Positions 45,850-61,342 of a stretch of DNA of 64,000 nt are shown here, in pieces. Location: assembly GCF_009914755.1 (NCBI RefSeq), contig NC_060931.1. One strand, 5' to 3'. Positions within the stretch are counted from its first letter, which is position 1. Each line of letters opens with the position of its first letter. This DNA comes from the human T2T-CHM13v2.0 reference genome, Homo sapiens. The translations under genes were made by a program, and so were the position numbers. Under the pieces are notes generated by a model. That model made no database searches. It was given only the letters and a program-made list of their open reading frames with translations, and was not told the DNA's origin.

Positions 45850-46205
45850 TGTTTTTAAATTTTAGAAGAATCTTTGGATTCATTGAACAGTTGCAAAGAC
45901 AGCAATGAGAGTTTTTGTATTGTTATCATCCAGTTTCCCCCATTAGTAATACCTTACATCATATTTTTCAAAATTAATAACCAACATTGCTACATTACTA
46001 TTAACCACATTTCAGACTTCATTTAGATTTAATCAGTTTCTCCATTAATATCCTTGATGTGTTGTACAGTTCAGTCCAGGGTGTTGCATTGCTTTAAGTT
46101 GGCTTGGCTCCCCTGTCTTCTCTGGTCTGTCACAGTTTCTCAGTCTTTCCTTATTTTTTATGACCTTGGCAATCTTGGGTAGTAGTGGACAGGTTATTCA
46201 GTAGT
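45850..46205 (-). mobile_element. L1MC-type 3' end fragment
   Basis: agttgcaaagacag...ccagtttccccc...cagtttctcagtctttcctt...tgacctt. Confidence 0.65.
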
Positions 46206-46373
46206 GGTGGCTGGCTGGGGATGGGAGGAGGATATTTGCCAATTTGATTTTTAAAGATTCTTTGGATTAATGTTATATGTTAAATAAAACAAACTATTAT
46301 TCTAACAATGAGCAATAGGACTGGATAAATCACAGGCCTTCCCCAGGAATCTTGTCAGAAAAATTATCTAAAG

Positions 46374-47749
46374 TAGAGGTTCTCAAAATGTAGTCCACAT
46401 ACTCCCGGGAGCCCATGAGAACCTTGCAGTGGGTCTTCAAGATTAAAACTATTTTCATAGTAACAGAAAGACACTATTTTATGTTTTTCATCATGTCAAT
46501 ATTTGTATACTTATGGTGCAAAAGCAGTGGTGAGTAAACCTGATCTTTAACACAAAGCAGGACATTGGTACCAAGCTGCAAAATTAATCATTGTCTCCTG
46601 TGTCAGCACAAGCTGATATTAAAAGAAACTGCGGTTTTCCCTTAAGAATATCTTTGATGAAGCAATAATACCTACTAGTTGCATGCAATCTTGACCCTTA
46701 GGCACAAGATTTTCTAAATATTCAGCTTGATAAAATTGGAAGAACACTTCTGCATGCTGTAATAAAATGACTGTATTGAGGAAAAACACTTGTGTGTTTC
46801 AATCATGAGCTAAACAAGCCACTTTCATGGTGAATCATTTTTATTTGAAATAATTACTAATAGACAACCTACAGTTTTTCAGGCTGTTATGGTATTTGGC
46901 AGACTTATCTCTAAAATGGATGAAGTAAATCTGTCACCTCAAGGGAAACAATGGTCAGCATTTATTGTGAATAATAAAATTTGAACTTTCAAGTGAAAAT
47001 TTGAATTTTTGAAAATGTGTATCCATTACTCAGAATCGTTTTTAAAATAAAATCAATGATAATAACAATAAGTGCAATTTGAAAACATTTTATAATGAAA
47101 CATAATGAAAGATGTTAGTATTTGGCAGCTCTGCATAACTAAGGGAACCAAATTTCCCAAAGATAAATGAATGATGTTATAGGATTGTGTAAGGGTAAAA
47201 GACCATTCAAAGTGCAAGATAGGTCAATAGATTTTAATGCAACAGTACAAAAAGTTTATTGACATGGTTCCAGATTTCTAGTTGCAATTAACCTGTAAAA
47301 GACTAGCGTGTGTGCAATTATATATGCAATATTTTGTGTGTGAGGACCATCAAAGAAGAATATCGACAACTATTTTAAAAGACTATCATAATATTCTTTC
47401 TTTTTCTATCAACATATCTGTGTAAAGCTGGAGTTTTCTTCCTCTAATTTAAGCAAAGCACCATATTGCAATAGACTGAGTACAAAAACAGATATTAGAC
47501 TCCAGCTCTTGTCTATTAAGGCAGACATGAGAGAGTTTTGCAAGTGTGTAAAAACAATGAAACTTTTCTTCCTAAATATTTTCATTTTGGAAAATATTGT
47601 TATTTTTCACAAAAACATGATATTTGTATAGAATGTATTTAAAAATATAGTTTCACAAAATATCTTTGTTTTAATTTCGAATATGGAAACTATGGACAGA
47701 TATAACCCAGCATAATGGGAATCTGAAATTAAATGTTTGAAAATTGCTG
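46374..47749. mobile_element. Charlie1a hAT DNA transposon (near full-length, ~1.38 kb)
   Basis: Degenerate TIRs tagaggttctcaaa / tttgaaaattgctg; internal motifs atggtgcaaaagcagtggtgagtaaa, ggtatttggcagac and ccattcaaagtgcaagataggtcaat. Confidence 0.75.
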
Positions 47750-50700
47750 CCCCAAAAAACTGCTCTGATCAAACCACCAGTATCTTTTACATAAATATTT
47801 AGTGACTTTTTAGGTTTGAAAGCAATGGGGAAAAGACATAATGTTGAAACAAAGTCCCTGATTCCAAAAGATTACACTTCAGGAAGAGGATTCACTTCAT
47901 GAATTTCCAAAAAGTAAATAACCAACTTCAAAACACAGAAACAAAATTATTAGGCAAAATGGCTAACTGGGAACATTGTTACTACAAACATTAAGAGACA
48001 AGGTATTGATATCCTTTATGTAAGAATACAGCGCTTTTTTTAAAAAAAAAAGTAAATTCCTAATTTCATAAAATTTTCTCTCTAGCACTTTCACTCTTTT
48101 AGAAAAATACGCTAATACTTAATAGTGGTTGCCTCTAATTGGTGAGATTTGAATACTTTTAGTGATTTTTGTTCTTCTTTTTGTGATCTGTGTTTCCCAA
48201 ATTTCTAAACAGCATGCCAGGAAAAAAATAAATTGCTAAGACCAAGTATTTCAGGCATTTAAAAAATTATTATTAAATTGATAATTTATCTATATTAGTA
48301 TTCTTTACTACGCAAAACCAAAAATCAGTCATTCTGAAACTTCGTAATTATTTGAATAAAACAGTTAAGAGTGCTTAAATGCATTTATGTATGGTTTCCT
48401 TATGGATATTAATAATTAATAGATATTTTTGATGCTTCCTCCAAGCATTTTGTACTGTTTCAAAAATAAAGTACATTATATATAACTTAACGCAGAGCCC
48501 CAGTTGTTAGTGTATTCATAAGTGTCTTTGATTATTTGCAATTCTGATTTTTAAAATAAGAAATATTTGATGAGATAAAAGAAAAAAATATTAGTTTAAA
48601 TAGGTTTGGGTAATAAATATTGATTTAAATTATTCTTGCCTTACCAGTACCCTATTATTAAGACAAATCAAGAATTGTTAATATCTGATCACATGTGATT
48701 TTAGGGATTGGCCAAAAAAATTTGAATTGTGGAAGAATTAGTATTTAACTTACTGTGTTTTTATTTCCTCACTTTTATTTCAGTGTGAGATAATAAATGA
48801 GAAGGGAACACTTAAATTAATTTAAAATTCTATCTTATTTACATGATAGCATTTCAGCATTTCCTTGTATTTAAAAATTTTAAAATATGCTAAAATGAAA
48901 CAATAAAAAATTAAAATTCTACTTTCTATTTTCTCTACAGTAAAGTCAGATTGCAATATCTTTGCTCTATGAACCATCAAATCTGTCAGCAGAACTTGTG
49001 ATAGTTTAAAAATGTCTGTTCATGTACATTTTTTATTTCTTTTGGTTTTCCTAGAAAAACAATACCTAGCCATATCAACCAAATGTAGCCAAATTCAACC
49101 TCTCTTCCCCAAAAAGCTTATAGGTATTTTTAAAAATGTACTTTTAGAGAACTTAAAGTGAATGGTTTGCCGCTGATCTCTGCCATTTTTAAGTACTCTG
49201 GTGCTCTTCGAGACATCAAATGGTGAGTTTACTAACAGGACCCTCAATTCTGAATTTCTCTTACCCGCTCGAAATTCTGAAAACGGTTGTGCTTCTAGTG
49301 ATTGTGCTATGAACTCACTTTACGAGAATTGTCTTTAGAAAGTTTTGTTTACATTATATTCAAAATCCAACAGGATACTCTTCTAGGTGATTAAATGTAC
49401 AATAATTATAATTGCTTTTCTTTGTGAATTACCTAATAACTTATGTTTCCACATGTTTTTACTAGGCAGAAAGGGATTCCATTATTAATTATAGTCATCT
49501 ATAGCTATGAACCAGAAGAAATTTTTATCCATTAGGAGTTCTGTTGTTAATACGAAAATCCAGCTCAGCTCCAATTTCGTCCCTTTGTTTCCCATTGTTC
49601 TTCCATTTCTCACTTGCTTTTTGATTTCTTTCACTTGGTTTGCACCAGTATTCATCTCTTCATCTGAGAGGGCTGCCTCAGATTGCCGTTAGGTCAGAAG
49701 TCACAAGCTTCCTTTAACTTTTGTTTGCTTTTCAGCACTCTGAGCTAAGCCAATTGAACAGATGTTCATATTTGTTGTTGAGCATGTTAAGGAATGCTAT
49801 AGAAAAAAATTATTTAGGGTAGTTCAACCCTTGATCTTTATTTTCCTAAAAATCTTGAGGTAGTTGAAGGGCAGTTGTTTTTTCTCCTTTTTTCTTACTG
49901 TCTGATTTGATCAATTTGTCTTTCCTTGTAGGGGTATTGAAAAGGTCTCATTTTCATGTTTATTTCTCCCAAATGGAATGAAACCTTTTGTATGCCTTCA
50001 TTCAAGTTTGTTCCTACATACATTTTTATTTTAATCAAAGGCTTTCTTGGAGTGAGTGAAGGCCACCTACAGAGCTAGTTTATGTCTTTAAAAGCTTTGT
50101 TTATCACCCAGAGTGATAGTCTATCATAGAGAATTCATTTTGGTTCAAGGACATATTATTGTCTTGATTGGGCTTATACATCAAAAGAAAGAATTAAAGG
50201 GTTCTGATGAAAACTTTCCACCCGACACACAGGTGGCTGAAAGTATGTGCTATCTTTTCTTGGGTCCTTTTGTCACCTTTCTTAGCTTTCTTGTTTTGAA
50301 ACATGATAATAGTAGTATTTGAGTTTTCTGGGGATTTTTGTTCTATATTGCATGCTGTGAAAGGATTTTTCTAGGTTCTGCTTCTGGGCTCCCTCTGATC
50401 TTGTGATGTTAAACACACTGCTGTCTTCCCTCGGCATTACTCTCATCATTTTCTTCTCCACTTGTTCCACTTCTGTCCTGTGTATGTGGGAGGGGGCTGT
50501 ATAGAAGATGTGAGAGGAAATTTAGTAGAATGGCAGGGTAGGGGGATGTCAGGGAATCACACTGCTGAAAAAAAGGCCTCCACAACTTCTAAAAGAAAAA
50601 AGGATAGGCTGTACTGGTCTTTGCATTTTTTTTTCAACATAACCACAAAAGTTAACTTTTTTTTTTTCCAATGAAAGCTTTAAAAAAGAAATAAGAAATA

Positions 50701-52175
50701 TTGCCACTTATCTTTGAATTTTGATACCATCCAGTTCCTAGAGTTGTGTCCCAAATTCATGAAAATTCATGATTTGTTTTCTAAACAGTAGAGAATGATT
50801 TATGTAACTCAAATCCCATATTTTCTAGTAAGACTAGTGTCACTTTGACCTTGAAGAACTGTGTGAATTGTAATGAAAATAAATATTTCGATAAAGCATG
50901 ACATCATATCTTGATTCATTGTGTGTTGTGTATGTTTAAGGAAATACTAGTACTTCCTTCTGATAGTTTTAATACCTTGGGAAATATGTTGACGTTTGCT
51001 TTCTGCTTGCCCCAGGGTCATGTTTGGAAATTCCACTCAGTATTAGAACCAGATTTAGTCGGTCAACAACAACACGGAATGTTAAATTTTTTGTTTTTTG
51101 GACTAGATAACACTTTTTAAATATTCTCCCTATGCCGGTCATTCTGGTGAGAAATATATATACAGATGAACACCAAGGAAAGTAAACTGTTGACAAATAT
51201 ATTGAAGAGTAATTTAATATAGATCAAATACCTTACATATAAGATCTTTCCACTATCACTTTCTGCAATTCAAGGCTACAGTTTAATCTGTCTTTGATTG
51301 TGTGTTGTTTTTTTTTCTGGAATGAAGGGCTGGAATTATATAATTAAAACAACCTGCATGTGCTAACATAAATTTGATTGGTCTAGACATAAGGATTAAA
51401 TTTAATAGTAACCATGATAAGCTTTGAGGGTAAATAATCAGACTTTCGGAGGCCATCTACTTCATACTTCATAATCATCAGAAATATTTTACATTCATTA
51501 CAGAACTTAGCATAGTTCCTGGCAAGTATATCTAGAAGATAGATAAATATATGCTTTTGTTGAATGAATAAATTAGGGATATACCAAGCAAATGAAGTAC
51601 TTAACAAGTTTTTCTTTTCTTTTCAAAAAGATATTTTGATTCTAAGAGAAACAATGCTTAAAAACAAGCATGTAGTGGACGACTAAGACAACTGGAAAAT
51701 AGGCATTGAACAAGCCATAAACTGACAAAATTAACTGCTCTCTCAGCCCCGTTAGTGAAACACAAGTATATTTGTGAGTAAAAAGGGTATGTTGCTAATG
51801 TCTCAGCTTTCAACACCTAGTGCCTTCATTCAGTAATGCACACAAAGTGTTGTAGGTTTATATTTAAAAACCTCAGAGGGCGATTCACAGTTACTCTTAT
51901 TAACATATTCTAATACTAGTGAGAGTTCTCTTTCTTTCTCTCTCCAGGTATAGTATATTATAATTGGTTTAAACAAAGTCCCTCTCTTGTTTTATCTATT
52001 CATTTATTTTCTTTTGTCCACACACCATACTCCCATTCTTTCTCACTCAATCATCTTTGGATACATTCTATCAAATATCTTATTGAATTTTTGCATATAG
52101 TTTTAAATTTTGTAAATGATATTGCTTATTGAATCACCTATATTTTCTACTCAGAACAATAATTTAGATCTAATT

Positions 52176-52485
<310 letters not shown>

Positions 52486-52512
52486 TTAGATCTACCTATG
52501 CTGCTCTATGCA

Positions 52513-52524
52513 TATCTATATATA

Positions 52525-52555
<31 letters not shown>

Positions 52556-52556
52556 G
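52513..52556 (+). repeat. (TA)(TG)(TA) microsatellite
   Basis: Read directly from the sequence. Confidence 0.9.
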
Positions 52557-53155
52557 AAGTAGTTTACTATGACTTGGCAAAATAAGATAAAGGATGGTAG
52601 GAAAAATGTGGTGGTAATAAATAAGATGAAGCTGGAAAGTCATGAAAGGTTTTCCTAGAACATGGTAGGGAATTTGTATTTTAAATTTTCGGCCACAGTT
52701 TCCATTAGATTCACCTGAGATTGAGAATTTATACTCCTGGACCCTAACCACAGAGATCTGACCTACCCACCTGATTTAAATTAATTTTTCTAATGCAATA
52801 AAGTTGATTATGTTTCTAATTTGTGTCATGTTGACTTCTGCCCTTGAAATTAATAGTAGGGAAGTTGTTTCATTTCTAGATCTGGGTTTTAATACCTTGA
52901 AACTTGGGAAGAGGATAGTGCTTAGAACAGTGTTTAAAACATAATGTCAATAAACTTTTAAATTTGAGGATGATTGGAGCTGGTTATATCATGTATCAAC
53001 CAGTCATCTGAGCCTAGGTCAAGGCTATTACAATTTTATGTTGACTCTGTCCATCTCTAAAGAAGAAAAATGATCACCTCATCTATCCCTTTCACCTTCA
53101 GTATCTGGGGAAAAAAATGACTATTAGTTCAATAGGCTGTTGGCTTTTAAAGTAA

Positions 53156-53228
53156 ATAGATGGATCATAGATGATAGAAAGATGATAGATTATATAGATA
53201 GATACATAGATGCATAGATAGATAGATA
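53156..53228 (+). repeat. Degenerate (TAGA)n
   Basis: Read directly from the sequence. Confidence 0.85.
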
Positions 53229-53347
53229 GGCTAAAACCCTGAAATAGACATTTTAAACCAGTTATTCACATAATCCTTAGGCATGTTAAAGTTTGAGAAC
53301 TTTTTGGCAATGGGCAGCCATAAAAAAGTATCATATATTTTAGAACT

Positions 53348-53565
53348 AGCTTGTCTAATACTGTAGCCACTAGCTACATGTGGCCATCTAAATTAGCATT
53401 AATTGAAATTAAATACAGTTGACATACAGTTAACATTTCAGTTTCTTTGTTGCACTAGCCACGTAGTATGTCCTCAGTGGTCACACGTTTCTAGTTGCTA
53501 CTATATTGGACCTTAAAGATACAGGACCTTCTCAGTATTGTAGAAAGTACCATGGTGAACTATGT
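53348..53565. mobile_element. MER3/MER33-type hAT MITE
   Basis: gtagccactagctacatgtggc...gcactagccacg...ctagttgctactatattgga. Confidence 0.7.
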
Positions 53566-54687
53566 TTTAGAAAGATCATTCTAGTGGCAAGCAGGGAGGG
53601 TACACTAGGTGGGAATAAGCCTATAGTCTAGTTGACAAAACATTTTTTGAAGTCAAGAAAGAGTGTCCAGAAGATAACAATTACTATTGTTGAGTACTGC
53701 TCAGCAGTTAAGGATAGTGAAGATTAAAGTTATTCCACTTGATTTGGCTATCAGCAGGGTTGGTAACCTGTCAGATCAGCGTCAGTGTTGCTGGTGGAGA
53801 CCAAAGGCAGAAATGGGAGAAAGTGAAGGAGGCTGCAATAGAGAAAATATACTTTTAAGAGGCTTGGCTGTCAATGGGACAAGACAGTGCATAGAGGGAA
53901 GGAAATGCAGAGATGTGGGAATTTTATTTTAATTGTAGGTGGCTTAATTAATTTACAGACTAGAGAAAGGGATGAGTACAGAAGGAAAAAATGAAATTAC
54001 AGGATTAACAGCACACATATTGGGTGACTTTAAGTATTTAGTGGCCAAGGAGGTGATGACAATGGGTTTTCTTTTCATATCTAAAACAGTTTTCATTGAG
54101 AAGATAAGAAAAAAAAAGAATAAAACATCTCAGAAATGAATAAAATGATTTGAAATCAAAGAAATATTACTTCAAAATCTTAGAAGCATACTTCAACAAA
54201 TGTTTAGGAGTACATATAATATTGTTAACATGCCTCAAGATACAATGAATAAATACGACAGCAATACGGAGCATGGTGCTGCTGGCTTCTGAGAAGCAAC
54301 CTTTCATTAGTGATACCAGATACGAGTTTCCGAAGTGAAGTGGTGAGCAATTGGTTGAATTTCATGGTACAGACTGTGTTGGAGAACTTTAGATGAGTAA
54401 GAACTGTGATAATCTAAGGAAGCTTTTTGGTTAAGACTCTAGACTTTGAAGGACGGCTGGCATTTGTAAAAGTAAAATAGTAGAAGAACAAGATGAGAGG
54501 AAGATGAAAAAGGTGGGAAAGAATCAGTGAAATTCTGATTTATGAAGTGAAAAAATTTGCCTTGACAATTATAAAAAGGAATTTGGATTAATGTAATAGC
54601 AAAGATAAAGTCATTAAGAAAGTTTATTTTCCACTTTTTTATAAATTAAAATACTCATTGCATTGAATTTGGAGGATATGAAGTGTA

Positions 54688-55050
54688 GGCTGGGCATGGT
54701 GACTAATGCCTGCAATCCCAACATTTTGAGAAGCCGAGGTGGGAGGATTGCTTGAGCCAACGAGTTAGTGACCAGCCCTGGCAACATGGTGAGACCTTCT
54801 CATCTCTATGAAAAATAAAAATAAAAAAATTAGCTGGGCATAGTGGCGTGCATATGTAATCTCACCTACTTGGGAGGTTGAGGTGGGAGGATGGCTTAAG
54901 CCTGGGAGATTGAAGCTGCAGTGAGCCATAATTGTGCTACTGCACTCCAGCTTGGGTGACAGAGCAAGACTCTGTATCAAAAAACAACAACAACAACAAA
55001 AAAAAAACAGAAATAAAAGAAAGAATAAAAAAAGAGTATAGAGGAAAAAA
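54688..55050 (+). mobile_element. AluJ with long mixed A-rich tail
   Basis: J diagnostics: gggaggattgcttgagcc, ggaggatggcttaagcctggg, gctgcagtgagccat. Confidence 0.9.
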
Positions 55051-55166
55051 ACCAAAAACTACTTGTTATCCAGCCACTGGGATTGGTTATTGATATTTTA
55101 TTACATTTCCTTCAAATCATTTCATATGTATAAAAGTATTATAGCTTATAAAATTTTAAAACATAC

Positions 55167-56076
55167 TGTGCTATACAGAATAAAGGGCCCCAAAGATATC
55201 CATGTCCTAATCCCTCAAACCTGTGAATATATTAGACTATATATTGCCAATTTACATATTACATGTCAAGGGGGAATTAAGGATGCGGGTGGCACTAAAT
55301 TTGCTAAACACTGATCTTGAAATAAAGTGATTATCATGGATTATCTGGGTCTGCCCAGTGTAATCCTAAAGCCCTTTATGTTGGAAGTGAGAGAAGAGTC
55401 CATACATATCAGAGTAATAAAATGCGGTAAAGACTATCCATTAGTGCCTTTGAAGATGGAAGGGGGCCATTACCCAAAGAATGCAGGCAGCCTGTATTAG
55501 TCTGTTCTCACACTGCTATGAAGAAATTCCCAAGACTGGGTAATTTATAAAGGAAAAAGATTTAATTGACTCACCGTTCCACATGGCTGGGGAAGCCTCA
55601 GGAAACTTACAATCATGGTAGAAGGTGAAGAGGAAGCAAGGACCTTCTTCACATAGTGGCAGGAAAGAGAAATGCAAGCGGGGAAGATAGCAGACGCTTA
55701 CAAAATCATCAGATCTTGTGAGAACTCTCTTACTATCACAGGAACAGCATGGGGGAAACCACTCCTATGATCCAAACACCTCCCACCAGGTATCTCCCTC
55801 AACACCTAGGGATTACGATTCAAGATGAGATTTAAGTGGGGACACAAAGCCTATCCATATCAAAGCCCTAGAAGCTGGAAAAGGCAATAAAACATGAGAG
55901 CTTCTGAACTTCTTTATAGCTTCTAGAAAGGAAGGCTGATTTGCTAACACCTTTTCAGCCCAAGGAAACCCATTCTAGACTTCTGACTCCCAGAACTGTA
56001 AGATAATATGTAGTGCTGTTTTAAGCAACTAAGTTTGTGGTATTTTGTGTCACAGCAACAATAGGAAACTAGTATA
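55167..56076 (+). mobile_element. MLT1D-like MaLR LTR split by a THE1 insertion
   Basis: tgtg...cagaataa.ggcccccaaagatatccatgtcctaatcc through ttctgactcccagaactgtaagata...gcaacaataggaaacta. Confidence 0.8.
55493..55862 (-). mobile_element. THE1D/MSTA-type solo LTR
   Basis: tgtattagtctgttctcacactgct...ccatatca; 5-bp TSD cagcc/aagcc. Confidence 0.85.
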
Positions 56077-56105
56077 TGCTATATTTGTAATTTTACATTT
56101 TATAA

Positions 56106-56414
<309 letters not shown>

Positions 56415-57329
56415 TAAAAATCAACTACTGGATCTATTGTCGAACACTTAGGTAATTTCTCATTCTCTGTTTTTGTAACGAATTATTTGAAAACACTTTC
56501 ATAAACACATTCTGAATTTGTCCTTTCTTAAGAAAATGAATAAAACTTTAGTTATACTGCCAATTGGACTTAAAAAGGCACTTAGCAGGTATTACCAGAT
56601 TGCTCTTCAAAAAGGTTGTACCCATTTGACATCCAACCTAAATAGCCCACTGACAGTGGATGGCATTGCTGAAAAGAACTTTTCAAAAATGATTATGGAA
56701 ACACGGAATCTCATTTTTAAAGACTTTTATTTACTCTTTCTGGTTTGTCTATCTTAGAAGTCATTACATTTTTGATAAACATAATTTAATTTTCATACAA
56801 TCAAAATTATTGACTTTTGTCTTTTATTTTTCTAATAATATTTGCACACTAAATGATCCTTCCTCTTTAGGTGCTAGGTTATATACACTGTGGACCTTTG
56901 AAGTATTTTGTTTATCAATGAAAATAGTTTTTAGAAGAGTCTTAGGTAGGATCAAGTAGGATCATAGATTTTGGAAACATTGACTTGGGGAAATGGACAC
57001 ATGATCAAGTGGAAACTAGGAGGTATTTGGAGGTGGGGAATTAGAGCTCAGTCTAGAGGAAGGGTCCAGCAATATGGCTTTGGATTTGGAGAAGAAAGGA
57101 GGCAGCTGAACTAAGAAAGAGGATAAATTATTGGAAAGAGATATTTACAAAGAAAGGAACAGAATCTTCAGATGTGGGCAATTCTCTTCACCCCTTCCAA
57201 AATCCACCATGTGTTGTATGCACTTGGATATCAGTTAGCATGGGGAAGCAAGTGTGGATATCACACCACAAAACCCCTTCCTATTACTAGCAGTGAGCTC
57301 AGAGCACATCTTCATGAGAGTTATGCTGC

Positions 57330-57920
57330 TCTCCTATATTTCCACAGCCTGCTAATAGGTTGTTTGCTGCACCTTCAGTCCCTTCTCAACATAGTTCTAA
57401 TTCCTTTGTGACAATAATATGGTTCCTATGCCTAAAACCTCAGGTAGAAGCCCAAGTTCTTTCCAAGAAGGCTTCCAGTCCCGACTGAATTATCTGTTCT
57501 ACTCACATCCACTCTGCTCTCTGACCTTATTGGTTGACTGCACTTCCTCACTTATTCCTGCTTTCCTAACTATAGTAGACTCTGCTCTTCCTCAACAAGC
57601 CATTCACACTTTCATTGCAGTACCTTGGCCTTTTGCCTGTTATGTGCCTTCCCCCTTATGACTTGGTTAATGACCTCAGATTTCTTGAATCTGTGCTCAC
57701 GTTTCACTTTTTCAATGAAGCTCACCCTGACTATTCTATTTCCTCCTCTGAGTGAAACAAAACCTAAGACCCTCACTCGCTTCCTTCTTTTTAGAAGAAA
57801 TTAACAGGGAAGAGCATTGCATATTCCCTTTTAACAGACTGATTTGCTACATTGAGTTTTCTGTTTCCAGCCCCACCAAGGCAGATAGTATGTGCTCAAA
57901 TAAATATTTGTTGAATTATT
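57330..57920 (+). mobile_element. L2 fragment
   Basis: Ends gtgctcaaataaatatttgttgaat, the L2 3' terminus. Confidence 0.55.
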
Positions 57921-58877
57921 TATTTCCTACAAACTGATTAACTTCAGTTCTTTCTACTGTTTATGTTAAATAGCTTTGCCATATTTACTGGAGTTCAGTT
58001 TCAGGCCATTAAGAATTCTATTTTTTATTTTTCTCTTAAAGTAAACTTATTGGAGCAGTGGTCCTCATGTTAAGATTTTTATCATTTTGTATTTGCATTT
58101 TATATAAACCTCTCTTTTGCTTGTGTAAATGACAAGTTTCTGGGAAATGGTGCTCACCAGCATCTCACACCTGCCTTATTGATGTTTGATGCTTGATTTA
58201 TTTGTCTAGTTCATTCATAATTCCTTGATAAATTTGGCAGAGCATTTCCAATGGTCTGGGGGCATTTTCTATGAACTTGCTGGCGATGTGACTAGTTCCC
58301 CCTGGTGTTATAGCTTTTGAGAGGCTAAAAATAAAAGACTGAATTATTCCTTTACCTGGCAGTCTTTATTGCTGCATTTCATCAACTCAATCCTACTAAA
58401 TCATTAATTTGTTTTACTCACATGCTTCTACAGGCATGATGAAGAGGGATCTGCAAAAATGCCACAAAATAAAGTGCCTTCTTTATTGCAAACCTGACAT
58501 TTGTATACAACAGAAAAATTCTCTTGTAAATTCTCTTAAATTTTTCTATAAAACAAAGGCCTGGCCTCCTACATTTGAAAATGCAATAAAATCACTCATA
58601 TCAAAATAAATTTTTAAATATTGTGGAGAAGTCTCGCAATGCCACCACAAGACTTCAAGAGCATTTATACAACCAGTGGATGAAGAAAGGCTCAAGAACA
58701 ATTCTGTGACTCCTCCTCTTTTCTTTTTAGATCTAGGCCACTGTCTTCTCAATTTTCTAGAAATTCAGTATGCTAGTTTCCTTTGGTATCTTCACAAAAG
58801 GATCATATTCCATGATATTGAATTTTAAAATTTAGAGCTAGAAAGAAAATTAGAAATTATTAGTACAATTCTCAGAT

Positions 58878-59234
58878 TGTCTTTGTTTGGGCTGCTATAA
58901 TAAAATACCACAAATTAGCTTATAAACAACAGAAATTTATTTCTCACAGTTCTGGAGACAGAAGTCCAAAGTCAAGGTGCTGGTAGATTGGGTGTCTAGT
59001 GAGGGCTATTTCCTGGTTCACAGACAGCAGACAGCACTTTCTTGCGACGTCCTCACATGGTGGGAGGGGCAAATGAGCTCACTTGCTCCTGTTTTATAAG
59101 AGTACTAATCTCATACATAAGGGCTCTGCCTTCAACACTTAATCAAAGGTTCTACCTCCTAATACTATCAACATGGGAGTTAATATTTTAGCATATGGAT
59201 TTTGGGAGAACATAAACCTTCAGAACTTAGTACA
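58878..59234 (-). mobile_element. MLT1A/A0 MaLR LTR
   Basis: tttgggctgctataataaaatacca...aaacaacagaaatttatttctcacagttctggag...cctcacatggtgg. Confidence 0.85.
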
Positions 59235-60214
59235 CATCATTTGGAACACAGTCTGGATCACAAGGCATTAGAATCCCTGTCCAGTGTCCTTTCCAGACTA
59301 ATTATCAGCTTCCATATTTTTCAAACTTGAAGATCTACAGCTAGGAGAAAAAATCTAGTTCAGACTGTTGCTGTCAGGTGGATAAAACATTATTTTCTCC
59401 AATTTACAGATAAGGCAACTGAGATCTAGAGAGTTTATTAACTCCTCCAATGTTATAGTTAAATTATTGCTAGAATTCATGCTGCTCAATTCTCCAAGCC
59501 CTCCAATTTATAATTACATAAACAAAACTACTTAACATTAACCATAATTGCAACTCATCTCAATTAATCTTCTACTCAATGAATTGTTATTTTATTTATA
59601 AATATTTAGAGAATTTTTGTCATTGGTGATAACCTAAGTTCTGGATTTCATATTTTGGAACATTCTTCTAAGTATAGGCACTGTAATTTTTTGGTTGCTC
59701 ATGAAATATTTATTAATGCTAATGCCAATAAAAATAATGCCATGGTGATTATACTCTTCAGTCATTAATGCCCTGAAAGAAGTAATTTGCAAATTGGTAC
59801 ACTGTCACTCAAAGTGTTAATTTACCACATGTGGGTAACAAATTACTCCTGGAATCAGGCTAGGCACAATTGTTGAGGCCCTGGAGTTTTTCTCCCCTGT
59901 AGCATTCACATCCAATCAGTTTCCAAATCTTGTAGAGCTATTTCTATAGGCATCTCATCTGTCCTTCCTCCTCCCTCCATGATACTGCTACTGCTATCAT
60001 CTGAGTTCATTTCTTTCTTATCTCTTGTTTAGTGAACTGTACAAGTAGCTGGTCATTTTGCTGTTATTCAGCCTCTGTCCAAAACCATCCTACACAGCTG
60101 CCTGATGAGCATTTTCAAAACACAGTTTTGCTTCTTCATTTGCTCCTAAATAAAACTTCTTTTGCACACCTTCATGTGAACACACATGCACACACATATA
60201 CAATGAGTGCCAAC

Positions 60215-60326
60215 TTTAGTGCACTTTTGAATCTGCCAGAGAACGATGAAGAGTGTGGCCTTGTCAGTGGAATTTTATAAAGCTCCCCAGATGATTCTAA
60301 TGTGCCCTCAGGGCTGAGAACCATCT
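60215..60326. mobile_element. MER5-type hAT MITE fragment
   Basis: aagctccccagatgattctaatgtgc...ggctgagaacca. Confidence 0.65.
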
Positions 60327-61038
60327 TTTAAACTTATTAAAAGAGGCAAATTGTTGTAGAAGGGAAAATAACTTCTAGGAGTCAGGAGATTGTTCATTTC
60401 TGGAATTTGCCATTGGACAAAAGCATGATCTCCAGTACATCAAATACTACCACTGAAGCTCATTTCCTCACCTGTAAATGTAACATTAAGAAATTGGGCT
60501 AGGTTAATTTATTTAGCTAACATTAACACAGCACTTATTATTACTTGGCTCTGTATTTGAAGCTGAAAATCTAGTCTTTGCTCTAATCAACTTTACAAAG
60601 CACAGAGAAAATGATAAAGAAAATAATTACAAATTATCGAAAAAGCTATGAAGAAAATAATTGATGATTATTATAATAAAAAATATGGGGTGGAGATAGC
60701 CAGTAAAGACAATAGTTAGCAACCAAGATTTTTGCTTTTCAGATGACCCTGATCTCAATCTTATAAAAATCAACCAGGTAGACCACACCAATAGAAAGTA
60801 ACAATAGTTTCCTGAAGGGCTTATTATTTGACTAATAGAATCTCATAGATTAATAATTCTTGTTTGGGATTCTGCTTCATTTTCCCTTTCACTTTATACA
60901 GTCAAGTTTTTAGGAAATATATTTAATCCATTCTTTTGGATACTTTAATTGCAGCCAAAAAAAGTTGGTTTAGGGTGACTGAACTTAAAATAATCAATTG
61001 TCCTCTATAATGGGGCTGTAATAGAAATGTCCAATTTG

Positions 61039-61342
<304 letters not shown>

